Assembly (NCBI GenBank): GCA_051004775.1
Contig: JBPCJZ010000181.1
Span: 2,391 to 66,390, forward strand
From: Gemmatimonadota bacterium
GTDB lineage: Bacteria > Gemmatimonadota > Gemmatimonadetes > Palauibacterales > Palauibacteraceae
Direction: 5' to 3'
Length of the DNA: 64,000 bases
The notes beneath the pieces were generated by a model, which had not been told where the DNA came from, made no database searches, and worked only from the letters and a program-made list of their open reading frames with translations. Position numbers and translations under genes: made by a program. Of the stretch, positions 48,737 through 59,636 are shown piece by piece (position 1 is the first letter of the stretch; every line of letters starts with the position of its first letter).

Positions 48737-49452
48737 AAGAAATCAGGGACATCGTGATCGAGACGCATGGCCTCAAGAAAGAGTATCAGATGGGGTCGGA
48801 GACCGTCTACGCTCTGCGGGGCGTCGACATCAAGATCCGGCGCAACGAATACATCGCCGTGATGGGGCCGTCGGGTTCGGGCAAGTCGACCCTGATGAAC
48901 CTGGTGGGCTGCCTCGACACGCCTACCGCGGGCGAGTACGTGCTCAACGGACAGCCGGTGCAGGGCCTCGAGGATGACGAGCTGGCCCGGATCCGCAACC
49001 GTGAGATCGGATTCGTCTTCCAGACGTTCAACCTGCTGCCGAGGGCGACGGCGCTGCACAACGTGGAACTCCCGCTCATCTACGCCGGTGTGGGGTCGCG
49101 CGAACGCGCCGAGCGAGCGAAGGGTGCGCTCGAGCGAACCGGCCTCGGCGACCGCATGCATCACAAGCCCAACGAGCTATCGGGGGGCCAGCGTCAGCGC
49201 GTCGCGATCGCGCGGGCTCTCGTCAACGAGCCGTCGATCCTGCTCGCCGACGAGCCGACCGGAAACCTCGACTCCGTCACGTCGTCCGACATCATGGACG
49301 TATTCGACGAACTGCGTGCCGCCGGCCAGACGATCATCATGGTGACCCACGAGCTCGAAATTTCCGAGCGCGCCGAGCGGACGATCACCCTGCGGGACGG
49401 CAGCATCGAGTCGCACGACGCGCAACGCGAGCACCGTCCCGTCGGCGTCTGA
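48733..49452 (+). CDS. macB: ABC transporter ATP-binding protein (MacB/LolD-type)
   Basis: Walker [10 protein letters not shown], signature [15 protein letters not shown], Walker [13 protein letters not shown]. Confidence 0.9.
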   Translation: MKEIRDIVIETHGLKKEYQMGSETVYALRGVDIKIRRNEYIAVMGPSGSGKSTLMNLVGCLDTPTAGEYVLNGQPVQGLEDDELARIRNREIGFVFQTFNLLPRATALHNVELPLIYAGVGSRERAERAKGALERTGLGDRMHHKPNELSGGQRQRVAIARALVNEPSILLADEPTGNLDSVTSSDIMDVFDELRAAGQTIIMVTHELEISERAERTITLRDGSIESHDAQREHRPVGV

Positions 49453-49485
49453 GCCGGTCGGTCACGTCGACGTGAGCCCCCGCAC

Positions 49486-50730
49486 GTGAGCACCCTCGAG
49501 GGGATCGTCCTCGCGCTGCAGCAGGTCTGGGCGCACAAGCTGAAGTCCATCTTCAGCCTGCTCGGCGTCGTCATCGGCGTCACCTTCCTGATCGCCGTCA
49601 TCACCATCGTGGAAGGGATGAACCGGTACGTCGAAGAAGACGTGGCGGGATCCCTGTTCGGAGTGAACACGTTCACCGTCGTTCGGCGGACGAGAATCGC
49701 GACGGGGGCGGAATCGCAGGCTGAACGGCGGAAGGCGGCCCGCAACCCCGACCTCACGCTGCGGGACGTCGAGATCGTCCGCGAGGCGGTTCCCGACGCC
49801 TGGCTGCTCTCCTACTACGAGGACCGCGGCCTCGACGAGGTGCGACGCGGCGAGACTCGCCGGCGCAACGTCCGGCTGATCGGCGGGTCGCCCGACCACT
49901 CGGAACTGCAGGGATGGGACATCGCCGATGGACGCGGCCTGACGGACGTGGACGAGCGTCGCGGCCTCCGCAACGCGGTGGTCGGCTCCGCAATCGCCGA
50001 GAAGCTGTTTCCCGACGAGTCGCCGATCGGCGGCGAGATCCGCCTCGGCGCGCATCGGTTCAACGTTATCGGGGTGTTCGAGGAACAGGGCGGCCTGCTC
50101 GGCAACGTGCGCGACGCGTCGATCCTGATCCCGTTCGCCACCTATCGGCAGAACTTCTCGCGTAGCCGCAACGAGGTCGACGCGATCAGCGTGAAAATGC
50201 GTTCTGAGGACGAGTTCGAAGAGGCGAAGCTCGCCGTCGAGGCCGCGCTCCGCTCCGACCGTGCGCTCCGCCCGGGCGATCCCGATTCGTTCCACTTCGA
50301 GACATCCGACGATCTGCTCGGCACGTGGCGCCAGATCTCCCGCATCCTGTACCTGGCCGTTCCCGGGCTCGTGTCCATCTCGCTCGTCGTGGGCGGCATC
50401 GTGATCATGAACATCATGCTGATGTCGGTTGCCGGGCGCGTGAAGGAGATCGGAATCCGCAAGGCGATCGGGGCTCGGCGCCGTGACATCCTGCTCCAGT
50501 TCCTCGCCGAGTCGGCGGTCCTTTCGCTGCTGGGCGCCGTCATCGGCATCCTGCTGGGCATCGGCCTCGGGGCCGTCGCCGATGCCGTGTTCCCCGTCCC
50601 CGCGGCGGTCCCGCTCTGGTCGCTCGGGCTGGCCCTGTTCATCGGGCTCGGAGTCGGCGTCCTGTCGGGCTTCTATCCGGCGTGGCGTGCCGCGCTGCAG
50701 GATCCGATCGTGGCGCTGCGCAGTGAGTAG
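49486..50730 (+). CDS. ABC transporter permease, FtsX-like/MacB-type (copy 1)
   Basis: 414 aa. N-terminal TM, large periplasmic domain, three C-terminal TM (FtsX domain). Confidence 0.85.
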   Translation: MSTLEGIVLALQQVWAHKLKSIFSLLGVVIGVTFLIAVITIVEGMNRYVEEDVAGSLFGVNTFTVVRRTRIATGAESQAERRKAARNPDLTLRDVEIVREAVPDAWLLSYYEDRGLDEVRRGETRRRNVRLIGGSPDHSELQGWDIADGRGLTDVDERRGLRNAVVGSAIAEKLFPDESPIGGEIRLGAHRFNVIGVFEEQGGLLGNVRDASILIPFATYRQNFSRSRNEVDAISVKMRSEDEFEEAKLAVEAALRSDRALRPGDPDSFHFETSDDLLGTWRQISRILYLAVPGLVSISLVVGGIVIMNIMLMSVAGRVKEIGIRKAIGARRRDILLQFLAESAVLSLLGAVIGILLGIGLGAVADAVFPVPAAVPLWSLGLALFIGLGVGVLSGFYPAWRAALQDPIVALRSE

Positions 50731-50740
50731 GCGCCACGGG

Positions 50741-52006
50741 ATGGGGATCGGTGCGACCCTGCGCGAGGGGATGCGCGTCGCCCTCGGGTCGCTGTTCGCC
50801 AACAAAGTGCGGAGCTTCCTGACGATTCTGGGGATCGCGATCGGGGTCATCGTCGTCGTGCTGATGGCGGCCGTGATCGAAGGGATCAACACCAGCTTCA
50901 CCGACGCGATCGCCTCGGCCGGACCCAATACGTTCTACCTGGCGCACGCGCCCTTTGAGGCGAACTTCGATGGCCCCGGCGACGAAGAGGAGAGCGCATG
51001 GATGCGGAACGACCCGCTCGATCCGCAGTGGGCGCCGCTGATCGAACGTCTGCCCGAGATCGAAGCCGTGGAGCCGATCGCAGACCTGTCGCAGAGCGGA
51101 TTCTTCGCCTCGGCTGACGGCGAGGAGGTCCGGATCACGCTGGCGGCCGTCGGGCCCCGGTACCTGGAGCTCAGCGGCGGCGACATCACCGACGGACGAT
51201 ACTTCTCGGACGTCGAGGAACAGCGGCGCACGTCGATCGCCGTGATCGACTCCGCAGTCGCCGCGGACCTGTGGCTCGGCAAAGACCCGCTGCTGCGAAA
51301 CATGAACATCGGACAGCCCGGTCGGCGGCAGGCCGTGTTCAAGACCGTCGGGACGTACAAGCCGCCCAACAACCTGTTCTCCGGACTGGCGACGCATTAC
51401 GTGTTGATCCCCTTCTCGGCCGCCGACAAGAACCTGCGCTTCTGGGATCGCATGATCACGTTCATGGTCGTCCCGGAGGCGGAGGCGCCGCTTGACCAGG
51501 CTCTCGACGCCGTACGGGGCCGCATGCGTCAGCTTCGCGGTCTGTCGCCGGGGGAAGAGGACGACTTCGCGCTGGTGACGCAGGACGAGGTGCTGAGCCT
51601 GTGGGGCCGCCTGACCGGCATGCTGTTCGCGGTCGCGATCGCGCTGTCCGGCGTCGGGTTGATGGTGGGCGGTATCGGCGTCGTGGGGATCATGATGATC
51701 TCGGTGACGGAGCGGACGCGGGAGATCGGCCTGCGGAAAGCCCTGGGCGCCCGGCGGCGCGACCTCATCCTGCAGTTCCTGGTCGAGGCGGCGACACTGA
51801 CGCTGATCGGGGGCGCAATCGGCCTCGCCGTAGGCGGCGGGCTCGCGTTCATCGTCAACGCGATCTCCCCGATTCCCGCCGTAGTCCCGCTGTGGTCCGT
51901 CGTGGTGGCGCTGCTCGCCTCGGTGCTGACCGGTGTCGGGTTCGGACTCTACCCCGCCGTCCGCGGCGCCGCGCTCGACCCGGTCGACGCGCTGAGGTAC
52001 GAGTGA
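50741..52006 (+). CDS. ABC transporter permease, FtsX-like/MacB-type (copy 2)
   Basis: 421 aa, same architecture. Start MGIGATLREGMRVALGSL. Confidence 0.85.
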   Translation: MGIGATLREGMRVALGSLFANKVRSFLTILGIAIGVIVVVLMAAVIEGINTSFTDAIASAGPNTFYLAHAPFEANFDGPGDEEESAWMRNDPLDPQWAPLIERLPEIEAVEPIADLSQSGFFASADGEEVRITLAAVGPRYLELSGGDITDGRYFSDVEEQRRTSIAVIDSAVAADLWLGKDPLLRNMNIGQPGRRQAVFKTVGTYKPPNNLFSGLATHYVLIPFSAADKNLRFWDRMITFMVVPEAEAPLDQALDAVRGRMRQLRGLSPGEEDDFALVTQDEVLSLWGRLTGMLFAVAIALSGVGLMVGGIGVVGIMMISVTERTREIGLRKALGARRRDLILQFLVEAATLTLIGGAIGLAVGGGLAFIVNAISPIPAVVPLWSVVVALLASVLTGVGFGLYPAVRGAALDPVDALRYE

Positions 52007-52024
52007 GGAAGCTCACGTGACGAG

Positions 52025-52762
52025 GTGCACGTGACCGGCGAGGTCGTGACGCCGATCGACATTCTCGCGATCGGCTGTCACCCGGACGACGTCGAGCTGA
52101 CCTGCGGCGGGGCGCTTCTGCGCGCCTCCGACCAGGGATACCGCACGGCGATTCTCGACCTCACGCGCGGGGAGATGGGCAGCAAGGGATCGCGCGACAC
52201 CCGCGCGGAAGAAGCCGCCCGCGCCGCGGAGATCCTCGGCGTCGTGGCGAGGGAGAACGCGGCGCTGCCCGATGCGGGGATCTTCAACACGCAGGAGAGC
52301 CGCGAGCGTGTCGTCGAGCTGCTACGGCACTTTCAGCCGCGGGTCGTGATCCTTCCCTACTTCCGCGGGCGACACCCCGACCACCGGGTCGGCAGCGAAC
52401 TCGCCCGCGACGCCTGCTTCCTCGCCGGGCTCAAGAACTTCGGACGCGGTCCGGCGCGGCGCCCGGACAAAGTGATCTACGCGGCCAGCTTCCGGGAGCA
52501 CGCGGGGAAACCCACCTTCGTCGTCGATATTTCCGCGCAGTTCGAGCGCAAGATGGCTGCGATCCGCTGTTACGGCTCGCAGTTCGACGACGTTTTCAAG
52601 GCCGGGGAGGCGTTCCCCACGGGCCAGCCGTTCTACGACCTGGTCGAATCCCAGAATCGCCACTACGGGTCGCTGATCCGCCGCGGATACGGTGAACCGT
52701 TCGTGACCGAGGAGACCGTCGAGGTCGAGGATCTCATGACGCTAGGCGTGTCCTCGTTCTAA
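52025..52762 (+). CDS. PIG-L/LmbE-family N-acetylglucosaminyl deacetylase (BshB1-like)
   Basis: ILAIGCHPDDVELTCGG...HPDH motifs. Confidence 0.75.
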   Translation: MHVTGEVVTPIDILAIGCHPDDVELTCGGALLRASDQGYRTAILDLTRGEMGSKGSRDTRAEEAARAAEILGVVARENAALPDAGIFNTQESRERVVELLRHFQPRVVILPYFRGRHPDHRVGSELARDACFLAGLKNFGRGPARRPDKVIYAASFREHAGKPTFVVDISAQFERKMAAIRCYGSQFDDVFKAGEAFPTGQPFYDLVESQNRHYGSLIRRGYGEPFVTEETVEVEDLMTLGVSSF

Positions 52763-52787
52763 GCCCCGCTCCGGGCTATATTCGGGC

Positions 52788-53942
52788 ATGATCTACCTTG
52801 ACCATGCGGCGTCCTCGCCGCTCCGGCGCGAAGTGTGGCAGGCGATGGGGGAGCAGCTCGGCTCGGCCGACTACAACCCGTCGTCGACGCACACCTGCGG
52901 CCGGAAGGCGCACGAAGTGCTCGACGAGGCCCGCTCGCGGATCGCGGCGGCGGTCGGCGCGTCCCGCGGCGAGCTGTTTTTCACCGGTGGCGGGACCGCC
53001 TCCGACAACGTGGCCGTCCTCGGCTTCCTCCGCCGGCGCCGCGCCGAACGCCCGCGACTCATCACGTCGGCCATCGAACACAAGGCCGTCATCCGGGCCG
53101 CGAAGCAGGCGGCCCGTGAGGGTGTCGAAGTCGTCTTCCTCCCGGTGGACGCTCACGGCCAGGTCGACCCCGGCCGTCTCGACGACGCGCTCGCCTCGGG
53201 CGGCGACCGTCCGACGCTCGTCTCGATCATGTGGGCCAACAACGAGGTCGGCACGGTGCAGCCGATCGGCGAGCTCGTCGAGACGGCGCATCGCCACGGA
53301 GCCGTCTTTCATTCGGATGCGGTACAGGGCTTCGGCAAGCTCGACATGACGCCGGCGGCCGCTCCCGTCGACATGATGACGGCGACCGCCCACAAGCTGG
53401 GCGGCCCGGTAGGCATCGGGGCCCTCGTCTGCCGCCGCGGCACCTGCCTCGAGCCCCTGGTCTACGGGGGGACGCAGGAGCGCGGCGTGTGGCCCGGAAC
53501 GCAGAACCCGATCGGGGCCGTGGGATTCGCGACGGCCGTCCGACTGTGCCTCGAAGAGCGGGAAGAGCACGTCCCGCTGTACGTCGCGATGCGTGAGAGT
53601 CTCCAGGCGGACCTCGTCGCGGGGATCCCGGACGCCGTCGTTCACGGCGCCGGCGCGCAGGAGCGCCTGCCGAACGTTCTGAGCGTCGGCGTGCCCGGCT
53701 GCGACCAGGCGACGCTTCTCGTCACGCTCGACATGGCCGGCGTCGCCGTATCGAGCGGATCCGCCTGTTCGAGCGGCGCGACTACCGGCTCCCACGTGCT
53801 CGACGCCATGGGCCACGGCGGCGAGGACTACTCCGTCATCCGGGTGAGTTTCGGCCCCGGCACGACGGAAGCGGACGTGCAGACGGCGGGCGCGGCCCTC
53901 GTCGAAGCGATCGCCGGCGCCCGGACGGCCGTAGCGAGCTGA
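52788..53942 (+). CDS. iscS: Cysteine desulfurase (class V aminotransferase, NifS/IscS-like)
   Basis: MIYLDHAASSPL... PLP Lys region (ATAHKLGGPVGIGALV), active Cys (SSGSACSSG). Confidence 0.88.
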   Translation: MIYLDHAASSPLRREVWQAMGEQLGSADYNPSSTHTCGRKAHEVLDEARSRIAAAVGASRGELFFTGGGTASDNVAVLGFLRRRRAERPRLITSAIEHKAVIRAAKQAAREGVEVVFLPVDAHGQVDPGRLDDALASGGDRPTLVSIMWANNEVGTVQPIGELVETAHRHGAVFHSDAVQGFGKLDMTPAAAPVDMMTATAHKLGGPVGIGALVCRRGTCLEPLVYGGTQERGVWPGTQNPIGAVGFATAVRLCLEEREEHVPLYVAMRESLQADLVAGIPDAVVHGAGAQERLPNVLSVGVPGCDQATLLVTLDMAGVAVSSGSACSSGATTGSHVLDAMGHGGEDYSVIRVSFGPGTTEADVQTAGAALVEAIAGARTAVAS

Positions 53943-53944
53943 TC

Positions 53945-55141
53945 GTGACCTACCGGAAGACGCTCGTCGCGATGTCGGGCGGCGTGGACTCGAGCGTCGC
54001 CGCGGCGTTCCTCGTCGACCGGGGACACACCGTCATCGGGGCGACCCTCAAGACCTTCTGCTATTCCGAGGTCGACGGCCCCGGGAAGACCTGCTGCGGG
54101 CTGGAGGGTATCGCGGACGCGCGCTCCGTCGCCTCGCGCCTCGGCATCCCGCACGTGGTGTTCGACGTCGAAAAGGAGTTCACCGACGACGTCATCGACG
54201 ACTTCGTCGCGGAGTACGCCGCCGGCCGGACGCCGATCCCCTGCGTGCGCTGCAACAGCTTCACCAAGTTCCGCGACCTCGTCCGACGCGCCGACGCCCT
54301 CGGCTGCGACGGCATCGCCACGGGACACTACGCCCGCGTCGTCCGGCGCGACGGTGTCGCCTGCCTCGCCCGCGCGGAGGACGATCGCAAGGACCAGACG
54401 TACTTCCTGTGGGGCATCCCGCGCACGGTTCTCGAACGTCTGCACCTTCCCGTCGGCGATCTCACCAAGCCGGACGTCCGCGACGCGGCTCGCCGGCTCG
54501 AGCTCGTGACGGCCGAGAAGCCGGAATCCTTCGAGATCTGCTTCGTGCCGGACAACGACTACGCGGGCGTTCTGCGCCGCTACCTCGGCGACGGTCACCC
54601 GGCCCTCGGACCCGGCCGCTTCGTGATGGAGGACGGCGCGGACGCCGGCGGGCACGACGGATACGCGCGCTTCACCGTCGGCCAGCGCAAAGGACTCCCG
54701 GGCGGGTTCGCGGAGCCGATGTTCGTGCTCGAGATCCGGCCCCACGCCCGCGAGGTGGTGATCGGACCACGGAGTTCGCTGGCGGCCTCGTCCCTGCGGG
54801 CCGGGGGCGCCAACTGGTTGGCGGAACCGCCGGCCATCGGCGAGGAGCTCGGCGTCCGCATACGCCACGGCGCGGCGATCGTGCCGGCGCGCGTCCGGTC
54901 GGTCGGCCCCGACGATTTCGAGCTCGACCTCGCCCTCCCGCAGGACGCGGTGTCGCCTGGCCAGAGCGCGGTGCTCTATCGGGGGGACGTCGTGGTGGGA
55001 GGAGGCGTCATCCACGCGGCGGGACCCGCCGCGGGCGCCGCTGTCACCGCGGCGGACGCGGGAGCTACGGCGGACCATGGAGCTGCTGCCGCCGAGTCGG
55101 AACGCTCGCGCGGACGCGACTTCCTGGAGGTCAGTGCCTGA
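53945..55141 (+). CDS. mnmA: tRNA-specific 2-thiouridylase MnmA
   Basis: PP-loop [11 protein letters not shown], catalytic Cys (CVRCN), typical length. Confidence 0.9.
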   Translation: MTYRKTLVAMSGGVDSSVAAAFLVDRGHTVIGATLKTFCYSEVDGPGKTCCGLEGIADARSVASRLGIPHVVFDVEKEFTDDVIDDFVAEYAAGRTPIPCVRCNSFTKFRDLVRRADALGCDGIATGHYARVVRRDGVACLARAEDDRKDQTYFLWGIPRTVLERLHLPVGDLTKPDVRDAARRLELVTAEKPESFEICFVPDNDYAGVLRRYLGDGHPALGPGRFVMEDGADAGGHDGYARFTVGQRKGLPGGFAEPMFVLEIRPHAREVVIGPRSSLAASSLRAGGANWLAEPPAIGEELGVRIRHGAAIVPARVRSVGPDDFELDLALPQDAVSPGQSAVLYRGDVVVGGGVIHAAGPAAGAAVTAADAGATADHGAAAAESERSRGRDFLEVSA

Positions 55142-56249
55142 GGCCCTCGGCCTCCGCCAGTCTCTCCAGCGCTTCCCGCCCCTCGTCGGACAGCTCCTTC
55201 GGCACCCGGATCATGACACGCACGAGCTGATCACCCACCTTGTCGCCCTTGGCCACGCCGTGGCCCTTGACCCTGAACGTCGTGCCGCTCTGCGTCCCCG
55301 CCGGAATCTTGAGTACAATCTTCTTGCTGTCGACGGTCCGGATCCGAACCTTCGAACCGAGCGTGGCCTGGGCCAGGTTGATGGGGACCTCGCAGACGAG
55401 ATCCAGACCGTCGCGCGTGAAGAAGGAGTCGTCCTTCACGCGGAAGCGGACGATCAGGTCGCCGGGGCGCCCTCCCCCGGGTCCCCGCTCGCCCTGGCCG
55501 CTCACGCGGAGGCGGGACCCATCCTCGGTGCCGGCGGGCACCTTGATGCTGATCTTCTTGCGCGTGGCGACCTCGCCGCGCCCCTGGCACGCCGGGCAGG
55601 GCTGGCGGGGAACCTTGCCGCGCCCATAGCAGGCCGGGCACGGCCGCGGGACCGAAAACGACCCCTGGCCGAAGGTGACCGTCCCCCGCCCGTTGCACTC
55701 CGGACAGGTATCGAGCGGCGTGCCGGGCGCAGCGCCGCTTCCGTCGCAGGTCGCGCATTCCTCGCGGATCGGCACCGTCACCGTCACTTTCCCGCCGCGT
55801 ATGGCCTTGCCGAACCCGATCTCCACGAGGTATTCGACGTCTCGCCCCCGCGCCGGCCCCGCGCGTCCCTCCCCACCGCGGCGCCCCCCGATGTCGAAGA
55901 TGGAGCTGAAGATGTCGCCGAGGCCGCCCAGGTCTTCGAAACGGAATCCCCCGCCGTCGGACGTCGGTCCGCGCGGGCCGCCAGCACCCGTTCCCGGGCG
56001 CTGGCGGGTGAAGCCGTCGAGCCCTCCGTACTTCCGGAGCTGATCGTACTTTCGGCGCTTGTCGGCATCCGACAGCACGCCGTACGCTTCGGAGATCTCC
56101 TTGAAGCGCTCGCCGGACTCCGCGTCGTCGGGATTCGCGTCCGGATGGTACTTTTTCGCGAGCGCACGATACGACTTCTTGATCTCCTCGGGCGGCGCTT
56201 TCTCTCCCACGCCGAGGAGGGCGTAGTAGTCCTTCGTTCGCGTCGCCAT
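55131..56249 (-). CDS. dnaJ: Molecular chaperone DnaJ
   Basis: J-domain with HPD (KKYHPDANP), Gly-rich region, four CxxCxGxG repeats. Confidence 0.93.
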   Translation of the reverse strand: MATRTKDYYALLGVGEKAPPEEIKKSYRALAKKYHPDANPDDAESGERFKEISEAYGVLSDADKRRKYDQLRKYGGLDGFTRQRPGTGAGGPRGPTSDGGGFRFEDLGGLGDIFSSIFDIGGRRGGEGRAGPARGRDVEYLVEIGFGKAIRGGKVTVTVPIREECATCDGSGAAPGTPLDTCPECNGRGTVTFGQGSFSVPRPCPACYGRGKVPRQPCPACQGRGEVATRKKISIKVPAGTEDGSRLRVSGQGERGPGGGRPGDLIVRFRVKDDSFFTRDGLDLVCEVPINLAQATLGSKVRIRTVDSKKIVLKIPAGTQSGTTFRVKGHGVAKGDKVGDQLVRVMIRVPKELSDEGREALERLAEAEGLRH

Positions 56250-56252
56250 CGA

Positions 56253-56942
56253 TCAGTTGGCCGCTTCCCCGTCCGCTTCAGAGTCCGCGTCTCCGCCGGG
56301 CTCGTACCGCCGCACCTCGACCTGCGCCGGCCGCACGAGGCGGCCCAGGAACTCGTAGCCCTGCACGAAGACCCGTGAGACGGTGTCGTCGAGGGCGGGG
56401 TCGTCCACGGGCGTCGTCACCACGGCCTGGTGCCGCTGCGGATCGAACTTCTGATCGAGCGCCTCGACGCGCTCCATACCGGCGGCCTCCAGGTGCTTGC
56501 GCAGGTTGAGCAGGATGAGCTCGATCCCCTTGTCGAGCGCCTCTACGGTCGTGCTCTCGTGGGGAGTATCCGCCACGCGAGCCAGGTCGTCGAGGGTCGG
56601 CAGGAGTTGCTGTACGAGGTCGGCCTGGGCCATCGTCCGGCCGTCCATCGCTTCCTTGCGCGTCCGTTTCCGGAAATTTTCGAACTCCGCGGCGAGCCTG
56701 AGGTGCCGATCCTTCAGCTCCGCGAGCTCCGCCGCGAGCGTCGCCGGATCGGACGGCGTCGCCGGTTCACCGGGGCCACCGGAACCACCCGGATCGCCCG
56801 GATCGCCCGGGCCACCCGCCGCGCCGACCGGGTTGCCCTCCGGGCCCGAGGCGTCGCTCGCCTCCTCGCTCCCCGTCGCCTCGCCTTCCACGGGCTGGTC
56901 GGAACTCAGCTTCGACTTGATATCTCTATATCGATTGCGCAC
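56253..56942 (-). CDS. grpE: Nucleotide exchange factor GrpE
   Basis: LRLAAEFENFRKRTRKE... GrpE signature, immediately upstream of dnaJ. Confidence 0.9.
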   Translation of the reverse strand: MRNRYRDIKSKLSSDQPVEGEATGSEEASDASGPEGNPVGAAGGPGDPGDPGGSGGPGEPATPSDPATLAAELAELKDRHLRLAAEFENFRKRTRKEAMDGRTMAQADLVQQLLPTLDDLARVADTPHESTTVEALDKGIELILLNLRKHLEAAGMERVEALDQKFDPQRHQAVVTTPVDDPALDDTVSRVFVQGYEFLGRLVRPAQVEVRRYEPGGDADSEADGEAAN

Positions 56943-57023
56943 TGCACCTCCGAAGTCTTTGCGATGGTCGAACGGTCCGCATGGCGGGTCCGAAATGTCG
57001 GATCCCCTTGCTACCGCGACAAG

Positions 57024-57881
57024 TCATGTCTCCCCGACGTCTCCAAGGCGCGCTTCCGCCCACGCCAAAAGATCAGCGGTCATCCCCGCGGCCACCGGGT
57101 CGTGATGAAGCGCATGGAACGCGCCATCGTACTCGAGCACGGTGGCCGACGGCAGGGCGGCCGCGAAGGCCCGCGCGGCGTCGAGGCTGACGATCCGATC
57201 CTCGCCGGCCAGCAGAACCAGCGTCGGTGTCTGCAGCTTCCCGGCGGCGGCGACCAGTCGTTCCCGTTCCTTCGTCAGGGCGTTCCAGTGACCCGCGCTG
57301 ATCCGCCGCTGGACCAGTTCGTCGGCCGCGAAGCGTTCCGCCTCGGCGGGGGTTCGAAACAGGTCGGAATCCCGGATTCCGGTCGGCAGCGTGAACGACG
57401 GCTTGAGGTGAGCGAGGGCAGTAGAGGCCGCCCGCTTCCAGGCCGGCACGCGCATCGCAGATTCTACGAAAGGCGCCACCAGGATCAACCCGTGCAACCG
57501 GGAAGCGAACACCCGCGTCTGCACCCAGCGCGCCGCGACGAGTCCGCCGAGCGAGTGTCCGAGAAGAAACATCGGAACGCCGGACCGTTCGCGCTCGGCA
57601 TGGGTGACGAGCGCGTCCACGGCGCCCAGGTGATCCGCGTCGAAGTCCCGGACGTGGCCGCGGCGGCCGGGCGATCTGCCGTGCCCATATAGGTCGACGC
57701 CCCGCGTCTCGAAGCCGGCCGTCCCCAGGGCGCCCGCAAACCCGGCGTAGCGCCCGGAGTGCTCCGAAAGTCCGTGTATCACGAGCATGATCGCGCGCGG
57801 GTCGCCGCCGGGCGACTCCCAGCGCCTCTCGAACAGGTCGGGATGAGCACGCTCGGGCGCCCCCGGCACCGCGCTCGGCAC
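57024..57881 (-). CDS. Alpha/beta-hydrolase (lysophospholipase/monoacylglycerol-lipase-like)
   Basis: HGLSEH...GHSLGG nucleophile elbow, C-terminal D and H. Confidence 0.75.
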   Translation of the reverse strand: MPSAVPGAPERAHPDLFERRWESPGGDPRAIMLVIHGLSEHSGRYAGFAGALGTAGFETRGVDLYGHGRSPGRRGHVRDFDADHLGAVDALVTHAERERSGVPMFLLGHSLGGLVAARWVQTRVFASRLHGLILVAPFVESAMRVPAWKRAASTALAHLKPSFTLPTGIRDSDLFRTPAEAERFAADELVQRRISAGHWNALTKERERLVAAAGKLQTPTLVLLAGEDRIVSLDAARAFAAALPSATVLEYDGAFHALHHDPVAAGMTADLLAWAEARLGDVGET

Positions 57882-57895
57882 TGAGGCCGGCGGCG

Positions 57896-58402
57896 TCAGT
57901 TTCCCTCCAGGCGGAGCAGCAAGTCGCGGAGCGCCGCGTCGACCGAAGCGGACCGGACCGCCCGTCGATCACCGGGCAGGCATCGGTCGGTCGCGGTCGT
58001 GCCCCCGGGCCCGGAGACCGCGATCCACACGGTTCCGACTGGCTTTGCGGGCGTCCCGCCCCCCGGTCCGGCTATACCGGTAACGGCGACCGACCAGTCG
58101 GTTCGCGCCCGTTCCCGCATTCCGTCGGCGAGGGCCGCCGCGACCGCGCCGGAAACGGCGCCGTGCGCCTCGATCAGCGTCTCGGCGACTCCAGCTTGTC
58201 GTATCTTGGCGTCATCGGCGTAGACGATCAGTCCTCCCCAGAAGACGTCGGACGCTCCGGCGACCGCGGTGAGTTCGCCGCCGAGCAGGCCGCCCGTGCA
58301 ACTCTCCGCGACCGATAGCGTCGCCGACCGCTCGCGGAGGCCTTGCACGACGCGCCGGGCGAGGCCAGCTGTTTCACACCCCGCGCCGTCTGTCGCGCTC
58401 AT
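57896..58402 (-). CDS. pncC: CinA C-terminal domain protein (PncC-like nicotinamide-nucleotide amidohydrolase)
   Basis: Start [18 protein letters not shown]... [13 protein letters not shown]...VTGIAGPGG. Only the C-terminal CinA domain is present. The track ORF is N-extended. Confidence 0.8.
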   Translation of the reverse strand: MSATDGAGCETAGLARRVVQGLRERSATLSVAESCTGGLLGGELTAVAGASDVFWGGLIVYADDAKIRQAGVAETLIEAHGAVSGAVAAALADGMRERARTDWSVAVTGIAGPGGGTPAKPVGTVWIAVSGPGGTTATDRCLPGDRRAVRSASVDAALRDLLLRLEGN

Positions 58403-59031
58403 CCGGTCGGCTCGGCCGCCAATCCCCGGAAGGCCGCGACGTAGACGACGAACGAGTAGATCGTGAAGCCGAGCGCGACGGCCAGGCTGATGGTGGTGAA
58501 CCAGCCATGGAAGCCGTCCCACCAGGCGCCGAAGCGCTGGGCCCCGCCGTTGGTCAGCGCGTCGGTGCGGTAGGCCAGCCACAGGATCATCGATCCGATG
58601 AACACGTTCTGCGAGAACGCCTTGTACTTGCCGGACTGCATCGCCGGGACCACCGTTCCGCGACGCGCCGCCCGTGTCCGGAGCCACGTGACGACGATCT
58701 CCCGTCCGAAGAACACGACCAGGACCCACAGGCCGAGGGCGCCGAAGATCGGCATGCGGCCGAGATCCGGGTTCTCGCGCGCGATCAGGTAGAACGGGAC
58801 GACGGTCGCGACGAGCAGCAGCTTGTCGGCGATCGGATCGACCAGTTTGCCGAAGTTGGTGATCTCGCCGCGCCTGCGAGCGAGCGCGCCGTCCACGAGG
58901 TCCGACAGCGCCGCCACGAGGAAGACCAGCATGGCAAGGAGACGGCTCGAGGCATCCGGCTGCAGGATGAGGTACGTCGCAACGGGCGCGAGCACGATGC
59001 GGAACACCGTGATCGCGTTCGGTAGATTCAC
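58399..59031 (-). CDS. pgsA: CDP-diacylglycerol--glycerol-3-phosphate 3-phosphatidyltransferase
   Basis: GTG start [15 protein letters not shown]-alcohol phosphotransferase motif DGALAR...[10 protein letters not shown]. Confidence 0.85.
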   Translation of the reverse strand: MNLPNAITVFRIVLAPVATYLILQPDASSRLLAMLVFLVAALSDLVDGALARRRGEITNFGKLVDPIADKLLLVATVVPFYLIARENPDLGRMPIFGALGLWVLVVFFGREIVVTWLRTRAARRGTVVPAMQSGKYKAFSQNVFIGSMILWLAYRTDALTNGGAQRFGAWWDGFHGWFTTISLAVALGFTIYSFVVYVAAFRGLAAEPTG

Positions 59032-59633
59032 GTCCCGGATCGTTCCCCTGCCGCCGCGGACAGGTTGCCGACTACGCGGGATGCGACCGCCGTCAGGGTC
59101 TCGATCACGCCCGATCCGCTGGTCGCGACCGTCTCGAACCATCCATCGGACTCGGCGGACGGCGACAGTTCGGCCGCCATCGCTTCCGCGGGCACGGCTT
59201 CGGGGTGATCCCGTCGGTTGAACTGCAGGATCACCGGGCGCAGCGTCTCTCCGGACGCGACCAGGTGCCGGCGGAGCGACTCCAGCGCGGCCCGATTGTC
59301 CGCCTGCCGGTCCGGGGAGCTATCCGCGACGAACACGAACCCGTCGGCGCCTCGCAGAAGGGCCTGGCTGCTCTCGCTGAGCGCGTCCCCGCCGGGAAGG
59401 CCGACGAGGTGGAGTCGAAGGGAAACTCCGTCGAGCGCACCGAGCTCGACGGTCAAGAAGTCCATGAACAGCGTGCGGTCCTGTTCGTCGGCCGGGGTGA
59501 GGAGAGGACCGCGAGTCGACGGATCCACCCGGTCGAACACCGCGCGCAGGGTTTCCGTCTTGCCGCTTCCCCGCGGGCCCCAGTAGACGACGCGTGTCGC
59601 GACCTCGCGTGTCTGCCGGCTCGATGAGCTCAC
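59028..59633 (-). CDS. mglA: MglA-like Ras-family small GTPase
   Basis: [15 protein letters not shown] (P-loop), [10 protein letters not shown] (MglA Arg-finger region), FVADSS, QFNRRD (NKxD-like), [17 protein letters not shown]. Full-length colinear with Myxococcus MglA. Confidence 0.75.
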   Translation of the reverse strand: MSSSSRQTREVATRVVYWGPRGSGKTETLRAVFDRVDPSTRGPLLTPADEQDRTLFMDFLTVELGALDGVSLRLHLVGLPGGDALSESSQALLRGADGFVFVADSSPDRQADNRAALESLRRHLVASGETLRPVILQFNRRDHPEAVPAEAMAAELSPSAESDGWFETVATSGSGVIETLTAVASRVVGNLSAAAGERSGT

Positions 59634-59636
59634 GCT

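Noticed and set aside
56942-57024. CIRCE (HrcA) or HAIR (HspR) operator upstream of grpE-dnaJ
   Set aside because: No TTAGCACTC-N9-GAGTGCTAA or CTTGAGT-N7-ACTCAAG-like inverted repeat is present in the 82-nt upstream region.
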